NCBI GenBank assembly: GCA_965656495.1
Contig: CBFHKU010000001.1
Span: 242,781 to 306,780 of the forward strand
Direction of reading: 5' to 3'
Source of the DNA: Coraliomargaritaceae bacterium
Lineage (GTDB): Bacteria; Verrucomicrobiota; Verrucomicrobiia; Opitutales; Coraliomargaritaceae
Length of the DNA: 64,000 bases
Every line of letters begins with the position of its first letter. The stretch's first letter is position 1. The notes beneath the pieces were generated by a model. The model worked only from the letters and a program-made list of their open reading frames with translations. It made no database searches and had not been told where the DNA came from. The position numbers and the translations under genes are program-made. Shown here piece by piece: positions 20,863-30,336 of this stretch.

Positions 20863-21549
20863 ATGTCAAACCCAAGTAATACAACACTTGACCGCTCCGC
20901 AATAGAGGCGATGGTACGCGCCAGTTTGAGCCGCAACGCCGCTCCGCAAAGCCTTCCTGCCCAACAAGGAAGCGGCCCCAATCCCCTCATTGTTAATTCC
21001 AGCGCCCGGCATTGTCACCTCTCCCAAGAGGCAGTTGAGACGCTTTTCGGCAAAGGTCACGAATTGACCCCCATGAAATGGCTCTACCAGAAAGGGCAAT
21101 ATGCCGCCGAGGAATCCGTCACCCTCATCGGGCCCCGCAGTCGCGTCATTTCCAATCTCCGCATCCTCGGCCCCTGTCGCGATTTCAATCAAGTCGAGTT
21201 GGCGTACACCGATGCGATTTCCCTCGGTTTCAAAGTGCCGGTTCGCAATTCCGGCAACATCGCCGGCACCCCCGGTTGTATGCTCATGGGCCCCGCCGGG
21301 TTCCTTGAAATGGAGGAGGGCGTCATTCGTGCCGCCCCGCACGTGCACATGGCGCCGGAAGATGCCCAGCATTACGGGGTCGAAAACAAATCTTTCATGA
21401 AGCTCGTGGTCGGCGGCGACCTCGGCATGACCTTCGATAATATCTTTGTTCGCGTCGACCCCTCCTTTAAACTCGAGGTGCATATCGACACCGACGAGGC
21501 AAACGCCTGTGGACTCGGCCCGGACGTCCCCTGCAAACTCGTCAAATAA
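20863..21549 (+). CDS. pduL: PduL phosphotransacylase
   Basis: SARHCHLS, RILGPCR, QVELAYTDA, HVHM, VHIDTDEANA. Confidence 0.95.
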   Translation: MSNPSNTTLDRSAIEAMVRASLSRNAAPQSLPAQQGSGPNPLIVNSSARHCHLSQEAVETLFGKGHELTPMKWLYQKGQYAAEESVTLIGPRSRVISNLRILGPCRDFNQVELAYTDAISLGFKVPVRNSGNIAGTPGCMLMGPAGFLEMEEGVIRAAPHVHMAPEDAQHYGVENKSFMKLVVGGDLGMTFDNIFVRVDPSFKLEVHIDTDEANACGLGPDVPCKLVK

Positions 21550-21602
21550 TCAACCTTTCCGTATCAAAATCTCAAACAACCCAAACCAAACCATAACATA
21601 TC

Positions 21603-21866
21603 ATGAGTGAATCCATTGGATTGATCGAAACGAAGGGCCTCACCGGTTCTATCGAAGCGAGTGACGCCATGGCCAAAGCGGCCTCCGTTGCTCTTGTCAA
21701 GCAAGTCGCCATCGGCGGCGGCTTTCTCACCGTTCTCGTCAAAGGCGACGTCGGCAGCGTAAAAGCTGCGGTTGAAGCCGGTGCCGAGGCCGCCAACCGC
21801 GTCGGAGAGCTCGTGGCCTCCAACGTCATCGCACGTCCCCACCAGGATCTGCTCAAATACTTTTAA
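21603..21866 (+). CDS. BMC-H shell hexamer
   Basis: IGLIETKG, DAMAKAA, GDVGSVKAAV, VIARPH. Confidence 0.96.
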   Translation: MSESIGLIETKGLTGSIEASDAMAKAASVALVKQVAIGGGFLTVLVKGDVGSVKAAVEAGAEAANRVGELVASNVIARPHQDLLKYF

Positions 21867-21901
21867 AGAGCATTATACACTTAACTAAGGAGAAAAATAT
21901 T

Positions 21902-22180
21902 ATGGCTAAACAAGCAATAGGAATGATCGAATGCAAAGGCCTCATCTGTCTGATGGAAGCTGCAGACGCTGCCCTCAAGGCCGCAGACGTATCCATGACC
22001 GGCTGGGAAAAAATCGGCTCGGGACTGGTAACCGGTTTCTTTACCGGTGATGTCGCCGCCGTCAAAGCCGCCATCGAGGCAGGTGCTGAATCCGCCGGAC
22101 AAATCGGTGAAGTCGTTGCAGTGCAGGTAATCCCGCGCCCCCACGACGACCTCGGTAAACTCGGTTCCTGGATCGGGTAA
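21902..22180 (+). CDS. BMC-H shell hexamer
   Basis: AIGMIECKG, ADAALKAA, GDVAAVKAA, VIPRPH. Confidence 0.96.
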   Translation: MAKQAIGMIECKGLICLMEAADAALKAADVSMTGWEKIGSGLVTGFFTGDVAAVKAAIEAGAESAGQIGEVVAVQVIPRPHDDLGKLGSWIG

Positions 22181-22217
22181 ATCCCCGTTCCCGCCCGCCC
22201 GGACGCAACTCCCCCGT

Positions 22218-23399
22218 ATGAAAATCCTCGTCGCCAACCTCGGTTCGACCTCCTTCAAATACCGTCTCTTTGAAATGGGAGCATCCTCTGCGGAACTCCT
22301 CGCGAAGGGCGGTTATGAACGCGTCACCGAATACGCGCCCTGCATTGAGAAAATGCTGGATTCCCTCATCGGGCACGGACACCTCGCCTCCGGCGAGGAT
22401 CTCGACGCGGTCGGTTTCAAGACCGTGCTCGGGAAAGATCTGAGTGGTTGCGTGGAAGCCGATGACGCTGTACTCGAGGCGCTCGCAGGCTTCAAGGAAG
22501 TCGCTCCGGCGCACAACCCCGCCTATGCGGAGGGGATCCGTTGTTTCGAGCAACGACTCCCCGGAGTCAAACGGGTGGCGCTCTTTGAGACCGCCTTTTA
22601 TCAATGGCTGGAACCCGCCAATTACAACTATGCCATTCCCGCCGCCTGGCGTGAACTCGGCATCCGGCGTTACGGTTTTCACGGTGCCAGCCATAAATTC
22701 ATCGCGGAGCGCAGTGCCGAATTGCTCGAGCGCGAAGACGTCGCCCAGCGGGTGCGCGGCCTTTACCAAAACGGCCCCGGCGATTTTAACGCCAAAGCCC
22801 ACCGCGTTATCTCATGCCATTTGGGCGGCAGCAGTTCCGTTACCGGCATCCGCGACGGCGTTGCCATCGGCACCAGTATGGGCTTCAGCCCGCAAAGCGG
22901 ACTGCCCCAAAACAACCGCGTCGGGGATCTCGATTCCATGGCAATTCCCTACGCTACAAAAATGCTCGGCATTTCCGTGGAAGAAGCGGAACGCCAACTC
23001 AACAAAGAGAGCGGGCTCCTCGGACTCTCCGGGGTCAGCAACGATTCCCGCGACATTGAGGCCGCTGCCGCCGAGGGCAATTCCGATGCCATCCTCGCGC
23101 AGGATGTCCTCATCGAAAGCATCCGTCACTGGGCCGGTGCCTTCTTCTTTAAAATGGGTGGCGCAGACGCCATCAGCTTTACCGCCGGGATTGGCGAAAA
23201 CAGCCCCGAGCTGCGCACCGCGATTTGCGCCGGCCTCGAAAGTTTCGGGGTGCGCCTCGACGCCCGCGCCAATGGAGCCGCCGTTCACGGCACCGAGGCC
23301 ATCATCTCTGCCCCCGATTCCAAAATCAAAATCCTCGTGATCCCCGCCAACGAAGAACTCGTCATCGCGCGCGAAGTCTACCGCTTTCTCGATCAATAG
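22218..23399 (+). CDS. ackA: Acetate/lactate kinase family protein
   Basis: ILVANLGSTSFKY, APAHNP, RRYGFHGASH, TAGIGEN, NEELVIA. Confidence 0.93.
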   Translation: MKILVANLGSTSFKYRLFEMGASSAELLAKGGYERVTEYAPCIEKMLDSLIGHGHLASGEDLDAVGFKTVLGKDLSGCVEADDAVLEALAGFKEVAPAHNPAYAEGIRCFEQRLPGVKRVALFETAFYQWLEPANYNYAIPAAWRELGIRRYGFHGASHKFIAERSAELLEREDVAQRVRGLYQNGPGDFNAKAHRVISCHLGGSSSVTGIRDGVAIGTSMGFSPQSGLPQNNRVGDLDSMAIPYATKMLGISVEEAERQLNKESGLLGLSGVSNDSRDIEAAAAEGNSDAILAQDVLIESIRHWAGAFFFKMGGADAISFTAGIGENSPELRTAICAGLESFGVRLDARANGAAVHGTEAIISAPDSKIKILVIPANEELVIAREVYRFLDQ

Positions 23400-23458
23400 T
23401 ATCCAATTTCCAAATACATAATCCACTAACCGAATTAATATCCAACCCAACAAATAAC

Positions 23459-23764
23459 ATGGCAAAACAAGCAATCGGAATCCTCGAAACCAAAGGTCTC
23501 GTTGCCCTCGTGCAAGGCACGGATGCAATGCTCAAGGCCGCTAATGTCGAACTCGCTGGCCCCATGAAGGGCGTCGGCAGCGCTCTCGTAAGCGCCACCA
23601 TCACCGGCGACGTCGCCGCGGTTAACGCCGCGATCGAAGCCGGCTCCGACACCGCCGGACAATACGGTGAAGTCGTCAGCGCGCACGTTATCGCACGTCC
23701 CCACGACGATATCACCGCGATTACACCTGCCAAGGCTGCTCCCGCAAAACGGGCCGCCAAGTAA
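23459..23764 (+). CDS. BMC-H shell hexamer
   Basis: AIGILETKG, DAMLKAANV, HVIARPH; start re-placed at 23459. Confidence 0.95.
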   Translation: MAKQAIGILETKGLVALVQGTDAMLKAANVELAGPMKGVGSALVSATITGDVAAVNAAIEAGSDTAGQYGEVVSAHVIARPHDDITAITPAKAAPAKRAAK

Positions 23765-23768
23765 TCCG

Positions 23769-24083
23769 ATGTATCTCGGAAAAGTCATCGGCTCGGTGGT
23801 CGCCACCAAAAAGGACGCGAGCATGAAGGGGCGCAAGCTCCTCATGTTGCGCCCCATGCTGGTCGATCCCGACAAACCCGGGCAATTCAAGCCGGGCAAC
23901 AACACCATTGTGGCGGTCGATACCCTCGGTGCAGGGGAGGGCGAGCTCGTGATGTTCGCCCAAGGCAGTTCCGCGCGGCAGGCCGATGGCCTCAAGGCCC
24001 TCCCGGTCGATGCTGCCATTGTGGGACTGGTCGATTCCGTCGATATCCTCGGTAAAAACACCTATCAGGCAAAAAACAGTTAA
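23769..24083 (+). CDS. BMC-P vertex protein (EutN/CcmL)
   Basis: MYLGKVIGSVVATKK, VAVDTLGAGEGE, GSSAR, DAAIVGLVD. Confidence 0.95.
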   Translation: MYLGKVIGSVVATKKDASMKGRKLLMLRPMLVDPDKPGQFKPGNNTIVAVDTLGAGEGELVMFAQGSSARQADGLKALPVDAAIVGLVDSVDILGKNTYQAKNS

Positions 24084-24098
24084 TCCCCACCTCTCTCC

Positions 24099-25565
24099 AT
24101 GAGCCAAATCAACGAAGCCGCGATTCGCAACGTCGTCACTGAAGTCCTCGCCCAACTCCAGACCGGGCAAGCCACTGTCGCGACCGCTCCGCCTCCCGCC
24201 AAGGGTCCATCCATCAAGGCGCGCCCCGGGCGCCATGGCGTCTTTGAGGACGCCGCTTCCGCCGCTGCTGCCGCCCGTTCCGGTTACGAACAGCTCAGCA
24301 AAAAAGGCTGGGCAGCTCGCGCCAAAGTCGTCGATATCGTGAAGCAAATGTGCGCCGATAATGCCGACCGTTGGGGTAAAATCGAATTCGAGGAAACCCA
24401 AATCGGGCGCCTCGATCATAAAATCGCCAAGCTTCACGGCATCAAAAACGTCCTCGGAGTCGAATACCTCACGCCCTACGGCATGAGCGGTGACGCCGGT
24501 ATCACGATGGACGATTCCGCTCCCTGGGGCGTCGTCGGGAGCATCACGCCCGTCACCCATTCCGTCCCTACTTTGGCGGGCAACATCGTCAACATTGTCG
24601 CCGCCGGTAACGCCGTCGTCTTCAACCCCCATCCGGGTGGCGCGGCTTGTGCCGCAGTTGCGACCCACGAATTTAACGAAGCCATCAAGGCGGCCCTCGG
24701 CATCGAAAACCTCGTCACCACCGTCGAGAAGCCTTCCCTCGATTCCTTTAACGAGCTCTGCGCCTCGGAGGATGTCGACCTCCTCGTCATCACCGGTGGT
24801 CCCGGCGTGGTCGATGCCGCTATGAAGACCGGTAAACGCGCGATCTGCGCCGGCCCGGGTAACCCTCCGGTGGTGGTCGACGATTGCCACGCCCTCGATT
24901 TCAATAAAGTCGCAAAAGACATCATCCTCGGTGGCGGCTTTGACAACAACCTCCTCTGCATCGGTGAAAAGCAAATCATCGCAGTCGGTGATTCCTACAA
25001 AAAGACCCTCGACGCCCTCAAGCGCGAAGGCGCGGTTCTCCTCACCAAGCAACAGGCTCAGGCGATTCAAAAGGAAGTCTTTGATACCAAGGAAGGCGCG
25101 GGCGGTTGCTCGCACGCCGTCCTCAACCGCAAATACGTCGGTGCCGACGCCGCCACCCTCGCCGCAATCGCCGGCCTCAAAATCGATCCCAAGACCGAAA
25201 TGCTCATCGCAGAAACCGGCGCGGACGACCTCTTCGTCGAAGAGGAGCAAATGATGCCGCTCCTGCCCATCATTCACGCCGGGTGCTTCCCCGAGGCAGT
25301 CCGCATCGCGAAGGCTTCCGAGCACGGCTACAAACACTCCGCCATGGTGCATACCATGAACGTCTCCAATATGACCTACATGGCGCAGGCGATGGACACG
25401 ACCCTCTTTGTGAAGAACGGTCCCTGTGTCGCCGGTCTCGGAATGGGCGGCGAAGGCTATATCAGCTTCTCCATCGCCACCACCACCGGCGAGGGCATCA
25501 CCACTCCCCGCACCTTCACCCGTTACCGCCGCTGCACCCTCGTTGATCAGCTCAACCTTTTCTAA
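24099..25565 (+). CDS. Acylating aldehyde dehydrogenase (EutE/PduP)
   Basis: N-terminal encapsulation peptide; TGGPGVV, AGPGNPP, FDNNLLC, TTGEG. Confidence 0.95.
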   Translation: MSQINEAAIRNVVTEVLAQLQTGQATVATAPPPAKGPSIKARPGRHGVFEDAASAAAAARSGYEQLSKKGWAARAKVVDIVKQMCADNADRWGKIEFEETQIGRLDHKIAKLHGIKNVLGVEYLTPYGMSGDAGITMDDSAPWGVVGSITPVTHSVPTLAGNIVNIVAAGNAVVFNPHPGGAACAAVATHEFNEAIKAALGIENLVTTVEKPSLDSFNELCASEDVDLLVITGGPGVVDAAMKTGKRAICAGPGNPPVVVDDCHALDFNKVAKDIILGGGFDNNLLCIGEKQIIAVGDSYKKTLDALKREGAVLLTKQQAQAIQKEVFDTKEGAGGCSHAVLNRKYVGADAATLAAIAGLKIDPKTEMLIAETGADDLFVEEEQMMPLLPIIHAGCFPEAVRIAKASEHGYKHSAMVHTMNVSNMTYMAQAMDTTLFVKNGPCVAGLGMGGEGYISFSIATTTGEGITTPRTFTRYRRCTLVDQLNLF

Positions 25566-25571
25566 TAATCC

Positions 25572-25832
25572 ATGATTCTCGCCCGCATCGACGGACACGC
25601 TACCGCCAGCGTTGCCCACCCAAGCCTCAAAGGACAAAAAATCGTCCTTTGTACGCCCATTGATGCAGACGGCAAAGCCACCGGTAACCCCATCGCGGCG
25701 CTCGACCCGCTCAGCAGCGGCAAACACAGCCGCGTCTTTATCACCACCGACGGTTCATGGAGCCAAAACACTCTCCACGACGAGACCTCGCCCATCCGCA
25801 ATCAGGTCATCGGCATCATCGACTCACAATGA
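25572..25832 (+). CDS. BMC-P vertex protein
   Basis: MILARIDG, HPSLKGQK, DGS, VIGIID. Confidence 0.9.
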   Translation: MILARIDGHATASVAHPSLKGQKIVLCTPIDADGKATGNPIAALDPLSSGKHSRVFITTDGSWSQNTLHDETSPIRNQVIGIIDSQ

Positions 25833-26122
25833 AACCCGGACGCGTCATCGGAAACGTAACTCTCAGCCAGGCCGCTTCCCAATTCAAGGGCGCGCGCTGG
25901 CTCCTTGTTGCGCCCATGGGCCCCGCCGAGTTGACCGACCAACGCCTCTACGGCAACGAATCCAGCCCGGTGGTCTACGACAAACTCGGCGCGGGGGTGG
26001 GGGACCCGATCCTCTATGTGGAGGGCGCCGAAGCCACTCAACCCTTCGAGGACAATATCCCCCTCGATGCTATCACCGTCGCGCTGGTCGACACCTACGA
26101 TTTTTCTCAACCGGAACTTTAA
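25829..26122 (+). CDS. BMC-P vertex protein
   Basis: GRVIGNVTLS, VVYDKLGAGVG, EGAEA, PLDA; ATGA overlap with the previous gene. Confidence 0.9.
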   Translation: MKPGRVIGNVTLSQAASQFKGARWLLVAPMGPAELTDQRLYGNESSPVVYDKLGAGVGDPILYVEGAEATQPFEDNIPLDAITVALVDTYDFSQPEL

Positions 26123-26146
26123 AACAAACAACTTATATTTAATATT

Positions 26147-27235
26147 ATGAGCAAACTCTACACCGCCAAAGAATTGGAGCGCATGTTGAAAAATGGTGAG
26201 TCCCTCGCCAGCGTTCCTGCCAACGCAAAACTGACGCCGATGGCGCGCGACATCCTGCGCCAGCACCGCAAAAACGGGAAGAGCGCCGCCGCGCCCGCCG
26301 CTGCTGCCCCGCAGGGCCAGAGCCCCCGCATCCACGAACCCGTCCTCCCCGACGCGGAATACAACTGGACCCCCGGCGGCGACCCCAAAAACGCCCGCGA
26401 TCTCGAGAAATTTTTCTATTCCCCTGAAATCCAGGCCATCAAGGAACGCATCTGCCATATCGGTAAACGCATCTGGAACAAAGGCTATGTCGACGGCAAC
26501 GGCGGCAACATCACGGTGCGCGTCGGCGACAACCTCGTCCTTTGTACACCCACCCTTATCTCCAAAGGCTTCATGACCCCCGACGATATCTGCATGGTCG
26601 ATCTCGACGGCAACCAAGTCGCCGGCACCCGTCCGCGCACCTCCGAGGTCAACACCCACCTCGGCATCATGAAAAACGAGCCCAAGGCGAAATCCTGCGT
26701 GCACGCGCACCCCGTTTACGCCACCGCCTTCGCGGTCGCGGGCGTCACCCCGCCGTCCTGCCTCATCCCCGAGCCCGAAGTCTTCCTCGGTGAGATCGGT
26801 TTCGCTTCCTACCAGACCCCCGGCACCCCCGAGAACGCCAAGGAAGTCGGCCAACTCGCCAAAAAACACCAGTCCATCCTCATGCAAAACCACGGCGTCA
26901 TCTGCTGGGGTAAAGATGTCGAAGATGCCTACTGGAAAATGGAAAACACCGACGCCTTCTGCCAAACCGTTTCCATCACCATGCAAATCGGCGGCCCCAA
27001 ACAATACGGCCCCGACAAACTCAAGGAACTCATCGTCCTGCGCAAAAAACTCGGCATGCCCGACCACCGCCTCGACGAGCTCAAAGAATGCGAACTCTGC
27101 GATGCCGCCGATTACACCGTCACCACCGCGCCGCAACCCGCCGCCTGTTCCTGTGAAATGCCCGCCGCAAATGCCCCCGTCGATGAAGCTTTAGTTCAGA
27201 AAATTACTGACATCATCATGGAAAAGTTGAAATAA
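26147..27235 (+). CDS. Class II aldolase (fuculose/rhamnulose-1-phosphate type)
   Basis: GNGGNI, TPT, SKG, TSE, HAHP, NHG; C-terminal encapsulation peptide. Confidence 0.93.
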   Translation: MSKLYTAKELERMLKNGESLASVPANAKLTPMARDILRQHRKNGKSAAAPAAAAPQGQSPRIHEPVLPDAEYNWTPGGDPKNARDLEKFFYSPEIQAIKERICHIGKRIWNKGYVDGNGGNITVRVGDNLVLCTPTLISKGFMTPDDICMVDLDGNQVAGTRPRTSEVNTHLGIMKNEPKAKSCVHAHPVYATAFAVAGVTPPSCLIPEPEVFLGEIGFASYQTPGTPENAKEVGQLAKKHQSILMQNHGVICWGKDVEDAYWKMENTDAFCQTVSITMQIGGPKQYGPDKLKELIVLRKKLGMPDHRLDELKECELCDAADYTVTTAPQPAACSCEMPAANAPVDEALVQKITDIIMEKLK

Positions 27236-27263
27236 TAAGGATTCCTTCAACGAAAAACGCTTT

Positions 27264-28259
27264 ATGAAAAAAGATCCAATTCGAGTCGCAGTCACAGGCG
27301 CCGCCGGTAACATCGGTTACGCCCTCCTTTTCCGCATCGCGTCCGGCGCGATGTTCGGCCCCGACCAACCGGTCGCCCTCAATCTCATCGAGATTGAGCC
27401 GGGTCTCGCACCCCTCAAGGGCGTCGCCATGGAACTCGACGACTGCGCCTTCCCCCTCCTCACCGAAATCGTCCAGACCGCCGACCTCAACGAAGGCTTC
27501 AAGGACGTCGACTGGGCACTCCTCGTTGGATCCGTTCCCCGCAAACAGGGCATGGAACGCGCCGACCTCCTCGGCATCAACGGCAAAGTCTTCGTCGGGC
27601 AGGGCAAGGCCATCAATGACAACGCCAAACCCTCCGTCCGCGTCGTGGTCGTCGGCAACCCCTGCAATACCAATTGCCTCATCGCCATGACCAGCGCCCC
27701 CGATATCCCCAACGAGCAATTCTTCGCGATGACCCGCCTCGACGAAAACCGCGCCAAGACCCAGCTCGCCCAACAAGCCGGCGTCCCCGTCTCCGAGGTC
27801 ACCGAACTCTGCGTCTGGGGCAACCACAGCCCCAGCATGTTCCCCGATTTCTACAACGCCAAAATCGGACGCCAACCCGCCGATAAAGTCATCGGCGACG
27901 AAGCCTGGCTCAAGGAAACCTTTGTCCCCACCGTCGGACAACGCGGCAAGGCCATCATCGACGCCCGAGGCGCTTCCTCTGCCGCCTCCGCCGCCAACGC
28001 GGTGGTCGATACCGTCCGCGACCTCGTCACCCCCACCCGGGGCGGCTTCCATTCCGTCTGCGTCGTCTCCGGCGGTGAATACGACACCCCCGCCGGGATC
28101 ATCACCTCCCTTCCCATCAAAGTCGACGGCGTCGGCAAATGGCGCGTTGTCGAAGGGCTCCAGCTCAACGACTACGCCAAGGCCCAGATCAAAGCCTCCA
28201 ACGACGAACTCCTCGAAGAGCGCAAACTCGCCTTCGGCCAGCTCGGACTTCAGGTTTAA
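27264..28259 (+). CDS. mdh: Malate dehydrogenase (type 2)
   Basis: [50 protein letters not shown]. Confidence 0.95.
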   Translation: MKKDPIRVAVTGAAGNIGYALLFRIASGAMFGPDQPVALNLIEIEPGLAPLKGVAMELDDCAFPLLTEIVQTADLNEGFKDVDWALLVGSVPRKQGMERADLLGINGKVFVGQGKAINDNAKPSVRVVVVGNPCNTNCLIAMTSAPDIPNEQFFAMTRLDENRAKTQLAQQAGVPVSEVTELCVWGNHSPSMFPDFYNAKIGRQPADKVIGDEAWLKETFVPTVGQRGKAIIDARGASSAASAANAVVDTVRDLVTPTRGGFHSVCVVSGGEYDTPAGIITSLPIKVDGVGKWRVVEGLQLNDYAKAQIKASNDELLEERKLAFGQLGLQV

Positions 28260-28267
28260 AGGGTTCA

Positions 28268-29112
28268 AAAGTGGGAAAGTATGAAAGTGGGAAAGTAGTT
28301 TCCCCTTCGTGCGATCCGTGCCATTCGTAGTTTTTTCACCACTGAGGCTGCGGAGTTGAACGTTGTTAGTTGGAAGTTGAACCACCCGCCGTGAAAGCGA
28401 CAATCCTGTCGCTTTTCAACCCAAGCCGCACCAGCCGTGGAAGCGACAATCCTGTCGCTTTTCAACCCAAGCCGTACAACCAAAGCGACAAGAGTGTCGC
28501 TTCCACGAGATACAAGCCATTCGTGCCTATTCGTGTCCATTCGTGGTTCCAACCAACAACCCCCTCAACGTTCAATGTTCGATGTTCAACGTTCGGAGTT
28601 CTTCAACCTTCCCACCTTCATACCTTCCCACCATTTAATATTCGTGCGATCCGTGCCATTCGTAGTTTTTTCACCACTGAGGCTATGGAGTTGAACGTTG
28701 TTAGTTGAACCAACCGCCGTGGAAGCGACAATCCTGTCGCTTTTCAACCCAAGCCGCACCAGTCGTGGAAGCGACAATCCTGTCGCTTTTCAACCCAAGC
28801 CGCACCAGTCGTGGAAGCGACACTCCTGTCGCTTTTCAGCAACAAGCCGTACCAGTCGTGGAAGCGACACTCCTGTCGCTTTTCAACCCAAGCCGTACAA
28901 CCAAAGCGACAAGAGTGTCGCTTCCACGAGAGACAACCCTTTGCTCATTAAGAGTAAGAATAAGATTAGGATTAAGAGTGTGGAGTTGAATATTGTTAGT
29001 TGAATGTTGGAAGCCCCCGCCCTCAAAGTTCAATGTTCAAAGTTCGATGTTCGATGTTTCCACACCTTCATACCTTTCCACCTTCATACCTTCCCACCTA
29101 TACGCTTTCCCG
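28268..29112. repeat. Composite repeat array: REP/REPIN palindromes plus 6-10 bp tandem motifs
   Basis: Multiple GTGGAAGCGACAATCCTGTCGCTTTT copies, inverted partners AAAGCGACAAGAGTGTCGCTTCCAC, and TTCCCACC/TTCATACC, ATTCGTG, TGTTCAA, TAAGAT units. Confidence 0.92.
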
Positions 29113-29161
29113 CCTCTAAATCCCAGCTACCGCCTCCTGAAAAGAGCCAGCGCGAAAAGGA

Positions 29162-29347
29162 TTAAAGAAGCTCCGGCTTTTTCGCCCGCTTCTTAGGTCT
29201 GCGCCGCTGTGATGGAGAGTGAAATTCTTCCCTGATCTTTTTAAAAACTGGGTCGTCGGGGTCTGCAAGCCGCATAGATTTGAACCCGTGACGAGGTGCG
29301 GCCTCCATCAAAGCTTCATTAATTCTAGCTCTTTCTCTTTTGGTCAT
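29162..29347 (-). CDS. Putative antitoxin partner of the BrnT-like toxin
   Basis: 61 aa; overlaps the toxin 3' end; paralog at 51519-51704. Confidence 0.7.
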   Translation of the reverse strand: MTKRERARINEALMEAAPRHGFKSMRLADPDDPVFKKIREEFHSPSQRRRPKKRAKKPELL

Positions 29348-29627
29348 ACTGCTCTTTAAGTTTGCTGTCTTCTCTAACGCTTATCAATCGAATTCTTTTT
29401 TCATGGTAAGCAAAAATAACTAGTAGAAACATACCCCGATTACTCTTTCCATACAAGCCATAACGCCTCGGCCCTTTACCATCCTTCGCTATAACATTCA
29501 TCGCGTTTTTATCACAAAAAACCGACATTGCCGCACTGAAGGGCGGCCTTCCCATTGAAACATTCCGATCGGACTTCCACTTGCTCCAAATAAACCGTCC
29601 GGAAATAACATCCTTGCGTTTGTCCAT
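29325..29627 (-). CDS. BrnT (DUF497)-like toxin
   Basis: FIWSKWKSDRN...F..A..VF.D...RIRLISVR pattern; paralog at 51682-51984. Confidence 0.75.
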   Translation of the reverse strand: MDKRKDVISGRFIWSKWKSDRNVSMGRPPFSAAMSVFCDKNAMNVIAKDGKGPRRYGLYGKSNRGMFLLVIFAYHEKRIRLISVREDSKLKEQYDQKRKS

Positions 29628-29636
29628 CGTTTAAAA

Positions 29637-30127
29637 AGCCCTGAGGTCTGGCACCGCTAGGACACAAAGGGATGGGGCCAGCCTAGCTGGCGACCGCTGA
29701 TTTGCGCTGACTCACGCTGATACATTTTTATAAGCGTCTATCAGCGCCCATTAGCGGTTTCCGGCTCTGCCGGACTCAGGGCAGCACGCAAGCCATCCCT
29801 ATCCGTGTAATCTGTGTTATTCGTAGTTGCCTTCATCCGTGCGTATTCGTGCCCATTCGTGGTTCCCTCGAATCCCACAGCAAAGAGCCCAGCCCCACCT
29901 ATCCGCTGTGCTTCTCCCGGGACCTTAGCGTCTATCAGCCCCCATCATCGGTTTCCGGCACTGCCGGACTCAGGGCAGCACGCAAGCCATCCCTATTCAT
30001 GCCATTCGCTTCATTCGGAGTTCTTCAACCTTCCCACCTTCCCACCTTCATACCTTCCCACCTTCCCACCTTCCCACCTTGATACCTTCCCACCTTCCCA
30101 CTTTCCCACCTTGATACCTTCCCACCT
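29637..30127. repeat. 70-bp direct repeat with an inverted partial copy, then a TTCCCACC array
   Basis: 29733-29802 nearly equals 29927-29996; 8-mer tandem array at about 30028-30127. Confidence 0.85.
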
Positions 30128-30149
30128 CTAAATCCCCCTTCCCGGAATA

Positions 30150-30166
30150 TTGGCACGCTTTAGGCT
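30150..30166 (+). promoter_or_regulatory. Sigma54 (-24/-12) promoter
   Basis: TTGGCACGCTTTAGGCT, GG-N10-GC spacing. Confidence 0.65.
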
Positions 30167-30176
30167 ACTTCATGCC

Positions 30177-30255
30177 ACGTAACTTCACTTACCATAGTAG
30201 AGTTGCAGTTTTGCTTACGGGCTTGCGGGACTGGTTCCTGCAAGCCCGTTTTTTT
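30177..30255 (+). ncRNA. Candidate sigma54-dependent small RNA (about 80 nt)
   Basis: Bounded by the sigma54 promoter and a 14-bp hairpin + T7; no ATG downstream of the predicted start site. Confidence 0.5.
30217..30255 (+). terminator. Rho-independent terminator
   Basis: ACGGGCTTGCGGGA-ctggt-TCCTGCAAGCCCGT followed by a T-run. Confidence 0.85.
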
Positions 30256-30336
30256 ACCGGTATCGCCGTTAAAAATACACAAAATATACGCTTTGGGTTG
30301 ACCGCTCCCTTTTTGTAGTGAAATTATGTTCACCTA

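Noticed and set aside
28390..28930. CRISPR array interpretation of the REP repeats (also at 40.2-40.7 and 44.8-45.1 kb)
   Set aside because: Spacers are short and repeated, units occur in both orientations, and there are no cas genes.
28265..29196. ORFs with VEATILSLF / WKRQSCRF peptides (also at 32, 40 and 45 kb)
   Set aside because: They are translations of non-coding repeats.
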